The position numbers and the translations under genes were made by a program. Source: an uncultured Alphaproteobacteria bacterium (GTDB lineage Bacteria; Pseudomonadota; Alphaproteobacteria; RF32; CAG-239). From it: a DNA stretch of 61,282 nucleotides. Positions within the stretch are counted from its first letter, which is position 1; every line of letters begins with the position of its first letter. Positions 25,291 to 35,749 of the stretch are shown here, piece by piece. A model generated the notes under the pieces. That model saw only the letters and a list, made by a program, of their open reading frames with translations. It was not told where the DNA came from and made no database searches. Location of the stretch: the NCBI GenBank assembly GCA_944390375.1, contig CALXPZ010000101.1, positions 1 to 61,282 of the forward strand, in the 5' to 3' direction.

Positions 25291-26733
25291 ATGGAAAATC
25301 TGGGATCTTTGATTAATGCGGTTATTTTGATTCCGCTGTTCGGCGTTTTGTTTGCCTCGCTTTCCCGCGAGGGCGGCCGCGAACGGGTCAGCAATGTTCT
25401 TTGTGTCGGCATTTTTACGGTTTTATCCAACTTGGTGGTTTTGTGGCGTGCGGCGCTGCTGATTGACCTGGATAAAGACGGCTGGCAGGTGGTTGAAAAA
25501 TTTACCTGGATTAAAAATCCGAAAATTGAGCTGGTTTTCGGCATTGATATTTTTTCTCTGATGCTGATTGCCGCGGTTCACTTGGCCGTGTTGCTCGGCA
25601 TGGTCGGCATCAGGCATAACACATACCGCCAAAAAGCGCTGATTGTTTGTGCTCTGCTGTTTTTGAGCATGATCAGCGGCTATTTTTTGGCCTCCGATTT
25701 CTTTTCTTTTTATATCTTTTTTGAGGCCATGCTGTTGCCGCTGTTTATGCTGATAGGTATTTTCGGCGACATCAAAAAGCAACAGATTCTTTACCGTTTT
25801 TTCCTCTACAACCTGTTGGGAGCCGTCTTTTTGTTTGTTGCCCTGATCGTGCTCTACAATTATCAGAATGTCAGCATCCGGGAAGTCAGCCGGATTGTGC
25901 TGTCCGGACACGGTGAAGCATTGGTCTGGGGATCGATTTTTATTGCTTTTTTGTCGCGGATTCCCGTATGGCCGTTCCACTACTGGATATCTTCGGTCAA
26001 TGTAAACATTTCCAACCCGCTGGTATTTATCATTGCCAACATCATTCCTTTAAGCGGTGTTTACGGGTTGATCCGCTTTTTCCCGGTCAATGCACCGGAA
26101 GTTTTGGATCCGTATTTGTTGATTCTTGAAGTGGTCAGCATTATCACGATGTTGATGATTGCCTTAATCGGTTTTACCAAAAAAGACATTCAGTACAAAA
26201 TATTTTCCTATATGACGGTATACTATATTTTATATCTTCTGGGGGCTTTGCTGCCGACGGACGCGCTTTTGATGAATATCGGGTTTTCCCTGTTTTCCTA
26301 TTTGATAATCGTTGCCGCGTTGGAGGTTTTGGTGGCTCATCTTGATAATGAATGTCAGAGCAAAGAAATCGGTGAGTGCGGCGTTTTGTGCGCCGTTCCC
26401 CGTACGTCTTTGATGTTCTCATTTTTGATTTTGGCGGCGATCGGTATGCCGCTGTCGTCGGTTTTCCTGAATAATATGGTTATTTTTTCCGGATTGCTGA
26501 AATTTAACATCAAAATGGCGGTATGTATTTTGCTGGCCGTTATGTTGGCCTCCGTCAGCCTGCTGCAACAGCTGTTTTACCTGAAATACCCGCCGGAAAC
26601 GGACGAACCCCTGCCGCCGGTTCCGGAAGAATGCCGGGCAGCCGACATTTCTCTGAGGGTGTTTGCGGTGATGCTGCTGACGGCGGCACTGTTGGTGCTG
26701 TCTTTCATTAACCCGTTGTGGTTTATCGGATAG
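25291..26733 (+). CDS. NuoM-like antiporter-like subunit, divergent
   Basis: FYIFFEAMLLPLFMLIGIFG, FFLYNLLGAVFLFVALIVLY and PVWPFHYW match NuoM signatures. The start abuts the previous stop. Confidence 0.8.
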   Translation: MENLGSLINAVILIPLFGVLFASLSREGGRERVSNVLCVGIFTVLSNLVVLWRAALLIDLDKDGWQVVEKFTWIKNPKIELVFGIDIFSLMLIAAVHLAVLLGMVGIRHNTYRQKALIVCALLFLSMISGYFLASDFFSFYIFFEAMLLPLFMLIGIFGDIKKQQILYRFFLYNLLGAVFLFVALIVLYNYQNVSIREVSRIVLSGHGEALVWGSIFIAFLSRIPVWPFHYWISSVNVNISNPLVFIIANIIPLSGVYGLIRFFPVNAPEVLDPYLLILEVVSIITMLMIALIGFTKKDIQYKIFSYMTVYYILYLLGALLPTDALLMNIGFSLFSYLIIVAALEVLVAHLDNECQSKEIGECGVLCAVPRTSLMFSFLILAAIGMPLSSVFLNNMVIFSGLLKFNIKMAVCILLAVMLASVSLLQQLFYLKYPPETDEPLPPVPEECRAADISLRVFAVMLLTAALLVLSFINPLWFIG

Positions 26734-26742
26734 GAGGGAAAA

Positions 26743-28164
26743 ATGCTGGTCAATTACATAGCGTTGCTGCCGGAGTTATTTTTGTTGACGGGGATTTTGC
26801 TGATGGTGCCGGTTTATTTTTTCCGTTCTGCCAACACGCCGAAAACTTTTTATACCATGAGCAAGTGGATTATTTTGACCTCTGTTGTGCTGACCGCCGT
26901 TTTTTACGATCGCAGCATCGGCAGGGTTTGGATCAATAATGATTATACGACGCTTTTTAAAATCATTATTTATCTTTTTTCTCTTGCCTGGGGCGGTCTT
27001 TCCCTCAAACGTTTCCAAAACAGGGACGATCGGAGTTTTTCTTTTTACTTTATACTGTTGCTGTGCCTGCTCGGCTTTTCGCTGGCGCTTTCTTCCCGCC
27101 TGCTGTGGCTTTCGGCGGGAGCGCTGACGTTCTGCCTGCTTCTGAACTATCCGCTGTTAAAGATTGATGAGGAAGAAGAATACATTTCCCGCCACCGGCA
27201 ATATCTCTTTTTTGCTCTGATGTTTTCCCTGCTGCTTTGGGTCGGGGTTTGGCTTTTGCAGCGGGGAACGGGTAGCGCGGACTATTCGGAAATCAGAGGT
27301 TTCCTTCTGGCAGCGGAAGAGAACGTGCCGGGAAAATTGCAGTTGGCTTTTGTGCTGATTATGGTCTTTTTCCTTTTTGCGCTGGGCGTGGCGCCTTTTC
27401 ACTTCTGGTTTGCCGATGCCGTTTCGGGGACAATTTTGCCGGTCGCCGGCTATCTGAGCATTGTGCCGGGGGTGGCGTATTTTGCCGTTTTGCTCAATCT
27501 GGTTCTAAATGCTCTGGATCCGCTTTATCCGTGGTTTGAAACGGTTATGCTGATTTTTGGCATATCGTCCGTGTTTATCGGTGCGGTCGGAGCCAACAGC
27601 GAAGACGATTTAAGGCGCATATTTGCTTATGCCGAGTTGTATTATATAGGAGTGCTGTTGCTGTCTGCGTCGAATATGCAGGGGCAGAGTCTGCTCGGAT
27701 CGCTGATTTATTTGCTGGTTTATGTGTTGGCTTTGTTCGGCATTTACACCGTTTTTTCCGGTTGCCGCTACAAAGGGGAATATCTCTATCGGCTGGACGA
27801 GGTTCGCGGGCTTTCCACCCGTCGGCCGCTTTTGGCTGCGGCATTGCTGTTTTTTATGATTTCTCTGATCGGCACCCCGCCGCTCTTAGGGTTCCTCGGC
27901 AAGCTTTCGGTTATTAATTCCCTGGTTGCCGGCGGCAGCTACGGCTTAATGGCGGTGGTTGCCTTTTCCGTGCTGGTTTTGGTTGCCGCTTATCTGAAAA
28001 TCATCACCGCCGTCTACTTTGAGCCGCGCAATATTAGCTTTGACAGGGTGGATAAAGGGGTATATATATATATGGCAATTAATATTCTCCTGATTATCGC
28101 CACCATTTTGAACCCCCGGTATCTGATGCACGATGTGGAAATGATGCTGGCCGCGATTATATAA
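26743..28164 (+). CDS. NuoN-like antiporter-like subunit, divergent
   Basis: 473 aa and polytopic. LGVAPFHFWFADA and IGTPPLLGFLGKL match NuoN patterns. GGAGGG RBS. Confidence 0.7.
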   Translation: MLVNYIALLPELFLLTGILLMVPVYFFRSANTPKTFYTMSKWIILTSVVLTAVFYDRSIGRVWINNDYTTLFKIIIYLFSLAWGGLSLKRFQNRDDRSFSFYFILLLCLLGFSLALSSRLLWLSAGALTFCLLLNYPLLKIDEEEEYISRHRQYLFFALMFSLLLWVGVWLLQRGTGSADYSEIRGFLLAAEENVPGKLQLAFVLIMVFFLFALGVAPFHFWFADAVSGTILPVAGYLSIVPGVAYFAVLLNLVLNALDPLYPWFETVMLIFGISSVFIGAVGANSEDDLRRIFAYAELYYIGVLLLSASNMQGQSLLGSLIYLLVYVLALFGIYTVFSGCRYKGEYLYRLDEVRGLSTRRPLLAAALLFFMISLIGTPPLLGFLGKLSVINSLVAGGSYGLMAVVAFSVLVLVAAYLKIITAVYFEPRNISFDRVDKGVYIYMAINILLIIATILNPRYLMHDVEMMLAAII

Positions 28165-28176
28165 GGAAAAGTTTCA

Positions 28177-28893
28177 ATGTGGCAGTGTTTGGATTATGAC
28201 GAACTGGGCAGCACCAACGACAAGGCCCTTGAACTGGCGGAAAAAGCAACCGGTGGAAAATATGCGGTAACGGCGGCCAGGCAGACAAACGGACGCGGGC
28301 GCCGCGGACGCAGCTGGATCGGGATGGACGGAAATTTGTTTTTGTCGCTGGCCTTTCCCTTTCCCGCGGAAAAGAGTGCGGCTCTGGTATTGATGTCGTC
28401 ATTGGCGCTCTTGGAAGCGGTTAAACAGCTGACCCCCTCGGCCGCCGTGGTTTTGAAATGGCCGAACGACGTACTGCTGAACGGCGCCAAAATATCAGGC
28501 ATTTTGCTGGAAAAGGGAGCCGACGGATATATGGTTGTCGGTATCGGTGTCAATGTCAGGGCGGCGCCCGCCGGCAGTGTGATCTATCCGGTAACCAGCC
28601 TGGCGGCGGCGGGGATAGAAACCGACCGGCAGGCGTTTAAGGAAATTTATCTGCGGCAATTTGACGGTCTGATGGATTTTTATGCCAAAGAGGGAATGGC
28701 CGCGCTGGTGTCGGAGTGGCTGCGCCATGCCGCCGGCGTCGGCAAAAAGATTTCCGTCCGGCTGCCGAAAACGATAAAAGAAGGAATTTTTTCCGGCCTG
28801 GACGAGGAAGGCCGGCTGATTTTGCAAACGGTGACCGGAGCGGAAATCATCAGCGCCGGCGACGTGTTTTTTAAAGATGATGAAAGCGAATGA
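28177..28893 (+). CDS. birA: Biotin--[acetyl-CoA-carboxylase] ligase (no HTH domain)
   Basis: QTNGRGRRGRSW, KWPNDVLLNGAKISGILLE. Confidence 0.9.
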   Translation: MWQCLDYDELGSTNDKALELAEKATGGKYAVTAARQTNGRGRRGRSWIGMDGNLFLSLAFPFPAEKSAALVLMSSLALLEAVKQLTPSAAVVLKWPNDVLLNGAKISGILLEKGADGYMVVGIGVNVRAAPAGSVIYPVTSLAAAGIETDRQAFKEIYLRQFDGLMDFYAKEGMAALVSEWLRHAAGVGKKISVRLPKTIKEGIFSGLDEEGRLILQTVTGAEIISAGDVFFKDDESE

Positions 28894-30641
28894 AAATGAT
28901 AAACAAATTTGAAAAAGACGGATTGTATTTTGTAGCTTTGGGCGGCGCCGACGAGATCGGTATGAATATGTATGTTTACGCCCATAACGGCAAATTTATT
29001 ATGGTCGACGCCGGTTACGGTTTCTTAAACGACAACTATCCGGGCATGGATTTATGTTTTGCCGATGCCGGCTTTTTTGCCAACTATGCCGAAGATTTTG
29101 AAGGCATTTTTATTACCCACGCCCACGAAGACCATTTCGGCGCCATTGCCCATGTCTGGCCGCTTTTGAAATGCCCGGTTTACGCCGGCGAATTTACGCT
29201 CGGGCTGATTAAAAACCGCCTGCGCGAATATAAACTGGAGAACGAAGTTCCGCTGACCCCGGTGGTCGGCCGCCAAACCATTGAACTGCAAAATTTTTCG
29301 GTGGAGTTTGTTCCGGTTGTGCATTCGGTGCCGGAAACCGCAGCTCTGGTGATAAAAACGGCGGATAAAACGGTTGTCCACGCAACCGATTGGCGTTTTG
29401 ACGACAATGCCATCGAAATTTTAAAAACCGACTACGCCGGGCTGGAAAACGCCGGCCGGCAGGGCGTGGATATGTTTGTTTGCGATTCCACCAATATCGA
29501 GGTTAAAGAAAAGCTGCCGAGTGAGTTTGAAGTGCGCGAATGCCTGTTAAAGTTGATACCCACGCTCAAAAACACGGTGGTCGCCACCTGTTTTGCCTCC
29601 AATCTGACCCGTTTGGAAAGCCTGATAATGGCCGCCGACGCCGCCGGCCGCACGCCGGTTTTGGTCGGTCGCAGCCTGCTTTACAATATGAAAGTTGCCA
29701 AAGAAATCGGCTATTTTAAGAACACGCCCAAATGTTATGACATCAGGGAGGCAGAAGACATTCCTTCCGACAATGCGCTCTACATCTGTACCGGCTCGCA
29801 GGCCAACTACCGTTCGGCGCTGACTTCGATTGTCAACAACCAGAGCAAATATGTCAAACTTGCCAAAGGCGATACGGTAATTTTTTCTTCCAAAATCATT
29901 CCCGGCAACGAGGAAAAAATCAGCGAAATGCAGGAAAAGCTGATTGCCATGAGCGTCAATGTCATCACCGACCGGGATACGCTGGTTCATACGTCGGGAC
30001 ACTGCAGCAAGGAAGAAATCCGCAAAATGTACGACATTTTAAAACCGCGGATAGTGCTGCCGGTTCACGGCGACAAAAAGTTTATCCGTGAGCATAAACG
30101 GTTTGCGGCGGAATGCGGAATTAAAGAAGTGATCAGTATGCAAAACGGCGATGTCCTGCTGCTGAAAGGTAATCAGGCCAAAATTGCGGGCGACGTGCCG
30201 ACCGACGTGCTGGCCGTTGACCGCACGGAAATCGTGTCGCTTAATTCCGAAGTGGTCAAGCGCCGCAAGCAGATTGCCTATAACGGCAGCGTCTTCATCA
30301 GCGTCATCTTCGGGGAAAAATGGGAACTGATTGCCCTGCGCATTTCTTCCAAAGACATTTTGCAACCGGATGCCTTTGCCGCATTGCGCGACCGGATTGT
30401 GGAAGAAGTTTCCGAAGCTCTGCCGGAAGTGGCGGCCGGTCTGCATTATAAAGAAACGGCCATTTTGGACTATATCCGGGTTCAGGTACGCCGCAAAATC
30501 GAAAAAGCAACCGAGATGAAACCGGTTACATTCATCCACTTCTACAAACTGCCGCTTGAAGAAGAAAAAATCGAGCAGGAAGAAGATGTGGATGCCGGTC
30601 AGCCGATGGTTATTTATCCTTCACCGGAAATTGAAAACTGA
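28890..30641 (+). CDS. rnj: Ribonuclease J (metallo-beta-lactamase / beta-CASP)
   Basis: THAHEDHFGA, DSTN and HTSGHCS motifs. It overlaps the birA stop (ATGA). Confidence 0.9.
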   Translation: MKMINKFEKDGLYFVALGGADEIGMNMYVYAHNGKFIMVDAGYGFLNDNYPGMDLCFADAGFFANYAEDFEGIFITHAHEDHFGAIAHVWPLLKCPVYAGEFTLGLIKNRLREYKLENEVPLTPVVGRQTIELQNFSVEFVPVVHSVPETAALVIKTADKTVVHATDWRFDDNAIEILKTDYAGLENAGRQGVDMFVCDSTNIEVKEKLPSEFEVRECLLKLIPTLKNTVVATCFASNLTRLESLIMAADAAGRTPVLVGRSLLYNMKVAKEIGYFKNTPKCYDIREAEDIPSDNALYICTGSQANYRSALTSIVNNQSKYVKLAKGDTVIFSSKIIPGNEEKISEMQEKLIAMSVNVITDRDTLVHTSGHCSKEEIRKMYDILKPRIVLPVHGDKKFIREHKRFAAECGIKEVISMQNGDVLLLKGNQAKIAGDVPTDVLAVDRTEIVSLNSEVVKRRKQIAYNGSVFISVIFGEKWELIALRISSKDILQPDAFAALRDRIVEEVSEALPEVAAGLHYKETAILDYIRVQVRRKIEKATEMKPVTFIHFYKLPLEEEKIEQEEDVDAGQPMVIYPSPEIEN

Positions 30642-30642
30642 T

Positions 30643-32100
30643 TTAAGCCGCCGGCTGGTTTTGTTCAACCGGCAGATAAATGGTAAAGGTTGTTCCCCGG
30701 CCGTTTTCCGATCTCACCCGGAGGTTGCCGCGGTGGCGGATGAGGATATGTTTGGCAATCGCCAATCCGAGGCCGGAGCCTTTGATGTTTTGATCTTTGT
30801 GGCTCTGTATGCGGTAAAATCGTTCGGTCAGCCGGCTGATGTATTCTCTGGGGATTTTTTCTCCGGAATTATGCACGGAAACGGCAATCGCTTTGCCGGG
30901 CGCCACTTCGTAGTTTTTTGACGGCGGCACCGCGTCTGCCGTTTTGGCGGAAATCGTGACGGCAGAATTTTCTTCGCCGTATTTGATGGCATTGTCGCAC
31001 AGGTTTTGCAAAAGCTGGCGTATCTGTCCGTAATCGGCGGTAATTTCCGGCAGGTCCTTGGCAATCTTCAGCTCAAATTTCATATTTCTGGCTTGCGCTT
31101 TCAGCATCAGCGCATTGCTGACGTCTTCCGCAATCGGGAGAATGCTGATTTTTTCGTCCGGCGGCAGATCCTGCGTCATTTCTATTTTGGAAAGAGAAAG
31201 CAGGTTTTCGATTAAAAGCGACATATAGTTGGCTTGTTCGCTCATGATTTTAAGGAACATTTCGCGTGCCTGTTCGTCGTCCTTGGCGGTTGTCTGCAAT
31301 GTTTCGATAAAACCCGAGATAACCGACAGCGGTGTTCTCAGTTCGTGGCTGGCGTTGGCGACAAAATCGGACTGCATCTTTTCGATTTTGGTGGCTTTTG
31401 CAAAATCGTAAAGGGAAATGACGGCAACGGCCCGCCCTTTGGAAATCCAGGGGAGTTGCTTGATGTGGGCATAAAGCTTCTGCATGTCTTTTGGCCCGCT
31501 GTTTTTGTTGCGGTCAACGTAAAATATCAGGTTTTCCGATTCGCTTTCCTGATGGAGTACGCGGGCAACGGCGTTGATAAAGTTGTTGGAAGAAAAAATT
31601 TCTTCCACGTTGCGGTCGGTAATGTTTTCTCCGAGCAGGTTTTTGGCCGAGATGTTGGCGCCAAGGATATTGCCGGAGCGGTCGATCATCAAAATCGGGT
31701 CGGGCAGGGTGTCAAGCACCGCGGTATCGGAAATTGTCTGAGCTTCAAGTTTTTCGGCTCTTTCGGTCCAAAAACGGTGCATTTCGTTGACGGCGTTGAC
31801 AATTTCCCGGGTGTCGTTTTCCGTCAGGTCAAAAGCTTCGCCGGTATAGTTTTCTTCTTTCGACAGGCGGAAAATATATTTCCGGATCTGTTGCAGTTCA
31901 AAGGTAATTGGAAACAGCCAGACCACGTTAAAGAAAATAATCGACGCATAGGCCATAACGGCAATACTTGCCGGCAGCAGTTTAAGCGCGACCAGCATAA
32001 TAAAGACCAGAGCCGAGGGCATGGACAGAGCCAGGATCCGGTTGGCGAAATTGGTGTCTTTTTCTATTTTGAACAGCTTGCTCCGGCCTTTTTGAAACAT
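30643..32100 (-). CDS. PAS-domain sensor histidine kinase (PhoR-like), no adjacent response regulator
   Basis: Two N-terminal TM segments. H-box FVANASHELRTPLSVISGF, N-box LLQNLCDNAIKY and G-box GSGLGLAI. Confidence 0.85.
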   Translation of the reverse strand: MFQKGRSKLFKIEKDTNFANRILALSMPSALVFIMLVALKLLPASIAVMAYASIIFFNVVWLFPITFELQQIRKYIFRLSKEENYTGEAFDLTENDTREIVNAVNEMHRFWTERAEKLEAQTISDTAVLDTLPDPILMIDRSGNILGANISAKNLLGENITDRNVEEIFSSNNFINAVARVLHQESESENLIFYVDRNKNSGPKDMQKLYAHIKQLPWISKGRAVAVISLYDFAKATKIEKMQSDFVANASHELRTPLSVISGFIETLQTTAKDDEQAREMFLKIMSEQANYMSLLIENLLSLSKIEMTQDLPPDEKISILPIAEDVSNALMLKAQARNMKFELKIAKDLPEITADYGQIRQLLQNLCDNAIKYGEENSAVTISAKTADAVPPSKNYEVAPGKAIAVSVHNSGEKIPREYISRLTERFYRIQSHKDQNIKGSGLGLAIAKHILIRHRGNLRVRSENGRGTTFTIYLPVEQNQPAA

Positions 32101-32205
32101 GGCGATAATCCTTGCACGAGATAAAAAAAAGATGGACTGAAATTAAGATTATTATATAATGCAATACGTTTAAATTTGCTAAATTTTATATCGAAAAGGT
32201 TACCC

Positions 32206-34884
32206 ATGGCCGAAGAGAAAAACCCTGCGCTGACACCCATGATGGCGCAATATCTCGAAACCAAAAAAGCCTATCCCGGTTATTTATTATTTTACCGGAT
32301 GGGCGATTTTTACGAAATGTTTTTTGACGATGCGGTCAAAGCCTCGAAAGCATTGGATATTGCCCTGACCAAAAGGGGAAAACTTGACGGCGAGGACGTG
32401 CCGATGTGCGGGGTGCCTTTCCATGCCTACGAAATTTATCTTTCCCGGCTGATCAAAAAAGGTTTTAAGGTTGCCATCTGCGAGCAGATGGAAGACCCGA
32501 AAGAGGCCAAAAAGCGCGGTTCCAAGTCGGTTGTCAAACGCGATGTTATCCGTCTGGTAACGGCAGGGACCTTAACCGAAGACAATCTGCTTGACGCCCG
32601 CCGCAACAATTTTCTTTTGAGTATGACAAAATCCGGCGGTGCGCTCGGCGTTTCCTGGATTGATTTGTCGACCGGCGATTTTTTTCTGGAAGAAGTATCG
32701 CTGAAAGACAAACCGGAACCGGTCGTTGTCGGCAGCCTGCTTTCCCGTCTGAACCCGGTAGAAATCCTGCTGCCCGATGCCTATCTGCAATCGCCGAAAC
32801 TGTTTGAAGTTTTTAATGAGTATCGCAAACAGCTGTCGGTGCTGCCGGCTGCGCGTTTTAATTATGAAAATGCCCGCCGCCGTCTTTTGAATTTGTTTAA
32901 AGTGGAAACTTTGGATGCTTTCGGCAGTTTTTCGCCTGCGGAGATTACGGCCGCCGGGGCGTTGATGGACTACATCGAAACCACCCAGAAGGGCCGGATG
33001 CCGCGGGTGGAAAAACCGGTAAAAATTTATGAGCGGCAGTTGATGGAAATTGACGGTGCCGCCCGCCGTAGTCTGGAATTGCTGCAATCTTCCTCCGGCG
33101 ACAAAAACGGTTCTCTGCTCTCTGTTCTTGACCGCACGGTTACCGGTGCCGGTGCTCGGATGCTGGCCGGCCGCATTGCCGGACCGCTGACGGATCCGGC
33201 TCAGATAGCGGAACGTTTGAACGTGGTGGAATTTTTTATTGAAGAAGAATTTGTCCGCGAGGATATCAGGGCTTTGCTCAAGGCCTGCCCCGACATCGAA
33301 CGTTCTTTGTCCCGGATTGCGCTGGAACGGGGCGGTCCCCGCGATCTGGCGGCCATCAGAAACGCGCTGGCGGCGGTTCCCCGGATTAAAAATATTCTTT
33401 CCGGCGCCACTTCCCGGAACATGGTGCGGGAGCTCCCCGCCGCCGTTGCCGCCATTGCCGGTCGGATGGGACATCACGAAAATCTGGTTGACGAACTCGG
33501 GCGCGCTCTGGCCGACGAACTGCCGTTGCTGGCAAGAGACGGCGGTTTTATCCGCGAGGGCTACTATCCGCCGCTTGATGATATCAAACGCCTGAAAAAC
33601 AACAGCCAGCAGGTTATTTTGCAGTTGCAGGAGAAATATGCGGCGGCAACCGGTATTTCCAACCTGAAAATAAAATATAACAACCTGATCGGTTATTTTG
33701 TCGAGGTGCCCGCAAAATTTGCCACCCAGATGATGGAAAACAAAGAGTTTATTCACCGGCAGTCGGTTTTAAACGCCGTCCGCTTTACCACTGTTGAACT
33801 GACCGAGGTGGAAAACGAAATCCGCGGCGCCGGTGAAAAGATTCTGGCGACGGAACTGGAGTTGTTTGCCAACCTGGCGGGCGAAATCAGAATTGTCGCC
33901 GATGATATTTCCCGTACCGCCAAGGCCATGGCCGAGCTGGATGTCGGAGCGGCACTGGCCGATCTGGCGGTTGAAAAAAACTATTGCCGGCCGCAGGTTG
34001 ACGATTCCCTTTGTTTTGAAATTGAAGAAGGACGGCACCCGGTGGTGGAGGCCTCGCTGGCCGGCGAGCATGACGGCGTGTTTGTCGGCAACGATTGCAA
34101 ACTCGGCGGCGATAACAGCAATATCTGGCTGATTACCGGTCCCAATATGGCCGGTAAATCCACTTTTTTGCGGCAGAATGCGATTATTGCCGTGATGGCG
34201 CAAATCGGCTCTTACGTACCGGCCAAAAGCGCCCGTATCGGAGTGGTCAACAAGCTTTTTTCCCGCGTTGGCGCCTCCGACGACCTGGTCCGCGGGCGGT
34301 CGACTTTTATGGTGGAAATGGTGGAAACCGCAAGCATCCTGAACCGGGCCGACGAACGTTCGCTGGTAATTCTGGATGAGATCGGCCGCGGCACCGCCAC
34401 TTTCGACGGTCTGTCGATTGCCTGGGCGGTGGTCGAGCACCTGCACGAAGTCAACCGCTGCCGGGCGCTGTTTGCCACTCATTATCACGAGCTGACCTCG
34501 CTGGCCGGAAAGCTCCGTAAAATGTCGCTTCATTGTATGAAGATCAAAGAGTTTAACGGCGATGTCGTTTTTCTGCACGAAGTTATTGACGGTGCGGCCG
34601 ACCGTTCTTACGGTATCCATGTGGCGCGTTTGGCGGGGTTGCCCCCGATTGTGGTCAAAAGAGCGGAGCAGGTCTTGGATTCGCTTGAGCATGATAAGAA
34701 AAACGCCAATATCCGGGAGCTGGCCGATGACCTGCCGCTTTTTGCCAACCTGCGGGAAAAAGAAGAGCAAAAGCAGCCGTCGCCGCTTGAACGTGAACTG
34801 GCGGAAATCATCCCCGACAACCTCACCCCGCGGGAAGCGCTTGACGAGCTCTACCGCTTAAAAAGCCTGCTGGAGGAAAACTGA
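32206..34884 (+). CDS. mutS: DNA mismatch repair protein MutS
   Basis: TPMMAQYLETKKAYPGYLLFYRMGDFYEMF and Walker A GPNMAGKSTFLRQ. The start is trimmed to ATG 32206. Confidence 0.95.
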   Translation: MAEEKNPALTPMMAQYLETKKAYPGYLLFYRMGDFYEMFFDDAVKASKALDIALTKRGKLDGEDVPMCGVPFHAYEIYLSRLIKKGFKVAICEQMEDPKEAKKRGSKSVVKRDVIRLVTAGTLTEDNLLDARRNNFLLSMTKSGGALGVSWIDLSTGDFFLEEVSLKDKPEPVVVGSLLSRLNPVEILLPDAYLQSPKLFEVFNEYRKQLSVLPAARFNYENARRRLLNLFKVETLDAFGSFSPAEITAAGALMDYIETTQKGRMPRVEKPVKIYERQLMEIDGAARRSLELLQSSSGDKNGSLLSVLDRTVTGAGARMLAGRIAGPLTDPAQIAERLNVVEFFIEEEFVREDIRALLKACPDIERSLSRIALERGGPRDLAAIRNALAAVPRIKNILSGATSRNMVRELPAAVAAIAGRMGHHENLVDELGRALADELPLLARDGGFIREGYYPPLDDIKRLKNNSQQVILQLQEKYAAATGISNLKIKYNNLIGYFVEVPAKFATQMMENKEFIHRQSVLNAVRFTTVELTEVENEIRGAGEKILATELELFANLAGEIRIVADDISRTAKAMAELDVGAALADLAVEKNYCRPQVDDSLCFEIEEGRHPVVEASLAGEHDGVFVGNDCKLGGDNSNIWLITGPNMAGKSTFLRQNAIIAVMAQIGSYVPAKSARIGVVNKLFSRVGASDDLVRGRSTFMVEMVETASILNRADERSLVILDEIGRGTATFDGLSIAWAVVEHLHEVNRCRALFATHYHELTSLAGKLRKMSLHCMKIKEFNGDVVFLHEVIDGAADRSYGIHVARLAGLPPIVVKRAEQVLDSLEHDKKNANIRELADDLPLFANLREKEEQKQPSPLERELAEIIPDNLTPREALDELYRLKSLLEEN

Positions 34885-34958
34885 TGGTTTTTAACCCGTA
34901 ACTGAAAAGTTATCCGGGGTTGTGTTTTTAATTTAATAAATATAAAGGAGTACCGAAA

Positions 34959-35528
34959 ATGATAAAATTTGTCTTTTCTCTGCTGACGGTTTTGGGACTT
35001 GGCATCGGCGCGGCCGAGGCGGCCGACGCCCCCAAGCCCTATGCCGACGTTAAGGATCCCGAAAACACGCTGTTGCTCAAATTAAAAGACGGCGATGTTT
35101 TGATTGAGATGTTCCCCGAAGATGCGCCGAACCATGTTGCCCGGATTAAGGAGCTGGTTCGTCAGGGCTTTTACGACGGCCTGAAGTTTCACCGTGTTAT
35201 TGACGGCTTTATGGCGCAGACCGGCGATCCGCTCGGCAACGGTACCGGCGGCAGCGGTAAGAAACTGAAAGCCGAGTTCAACAACCGTCCGCACAAACGC
35301 GGCGCCGTTTCGATGGCGCGCGCCATGGATCCGAACTCTGCCGACAGCCAGTTCTTTATCTGTTTTGACGATTCGAATTTCTTAGATCATCAATACACGG
35401 TCTGGGGACAGGTCATTTCCGGTATGCAGGCGGTTGACAAAATCAAACGCGGCACCGGCCCGAACGGCACCGTCTATGATCCGGACACCATTATTTCCAT
35501 GCGCGTGGTTGCCGACTTGCAAAAATAA
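34959..35528 (+). CDS. ppiA: Periplasmic cyclophilin-type peptidyl-prolyl isomerase
   Basis: Signal peptide, then FHRVIDGFMAQTGDP and SQFFICF. Confidence 0.9.
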   Translation: MIKFVFSLLTVLGLGIGAAEAADAPKPYADVKDPENTLLLKLKDGDVLIEMFPEDAPNHVARIKELVRQGFYDGLKFHRVIDGFMAQTGDPLGNGTGGSGKKLKAEFNNRPHKRGAVSMARAMDPNSADSQFFICFDDSNFLDHQYTVWGQVISGMQAVDKIKRGTGPNGTVYDPDTIISMRVVADLQK

Positions 35529-35551
35529 CAGTCGGACAGATGTCAAAAAAC

Positions 35552-35586
35552 AGCGGCGGAATAATTTTTTTCTGCCGCTTTTTTCT
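35552..35586 (+). terminator. Intrinsic terminator after ppiA
   Basis: AGCGGC...GCCGCT hairpin plus T7. Confidence 0.6.
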
Positions 35587-35679
35587 TGGTAAAACGAAAA
35601 AATAATAAAAATCAAAAGGATAACGAGCGGTATTATTATACCGCTTATTAAGATGTTGAAAAAATATGCTTTTTTTTAG

Positions 35680-35707
35680 TTGACAAGAGAAAAACTTCCG
35701 CTATATT
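35680..35707 (+). promoter_or_regulatory. Sigma70-like promoter of rplM-rpsI
   Basis: TTGACA, 16 nt spacer, TATATT. Confidence 0.45.
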
Positions 35708-35749
35708 GTCAATCGAATTTAATAACCATCTTTAACAAAGAGAGAAAAT

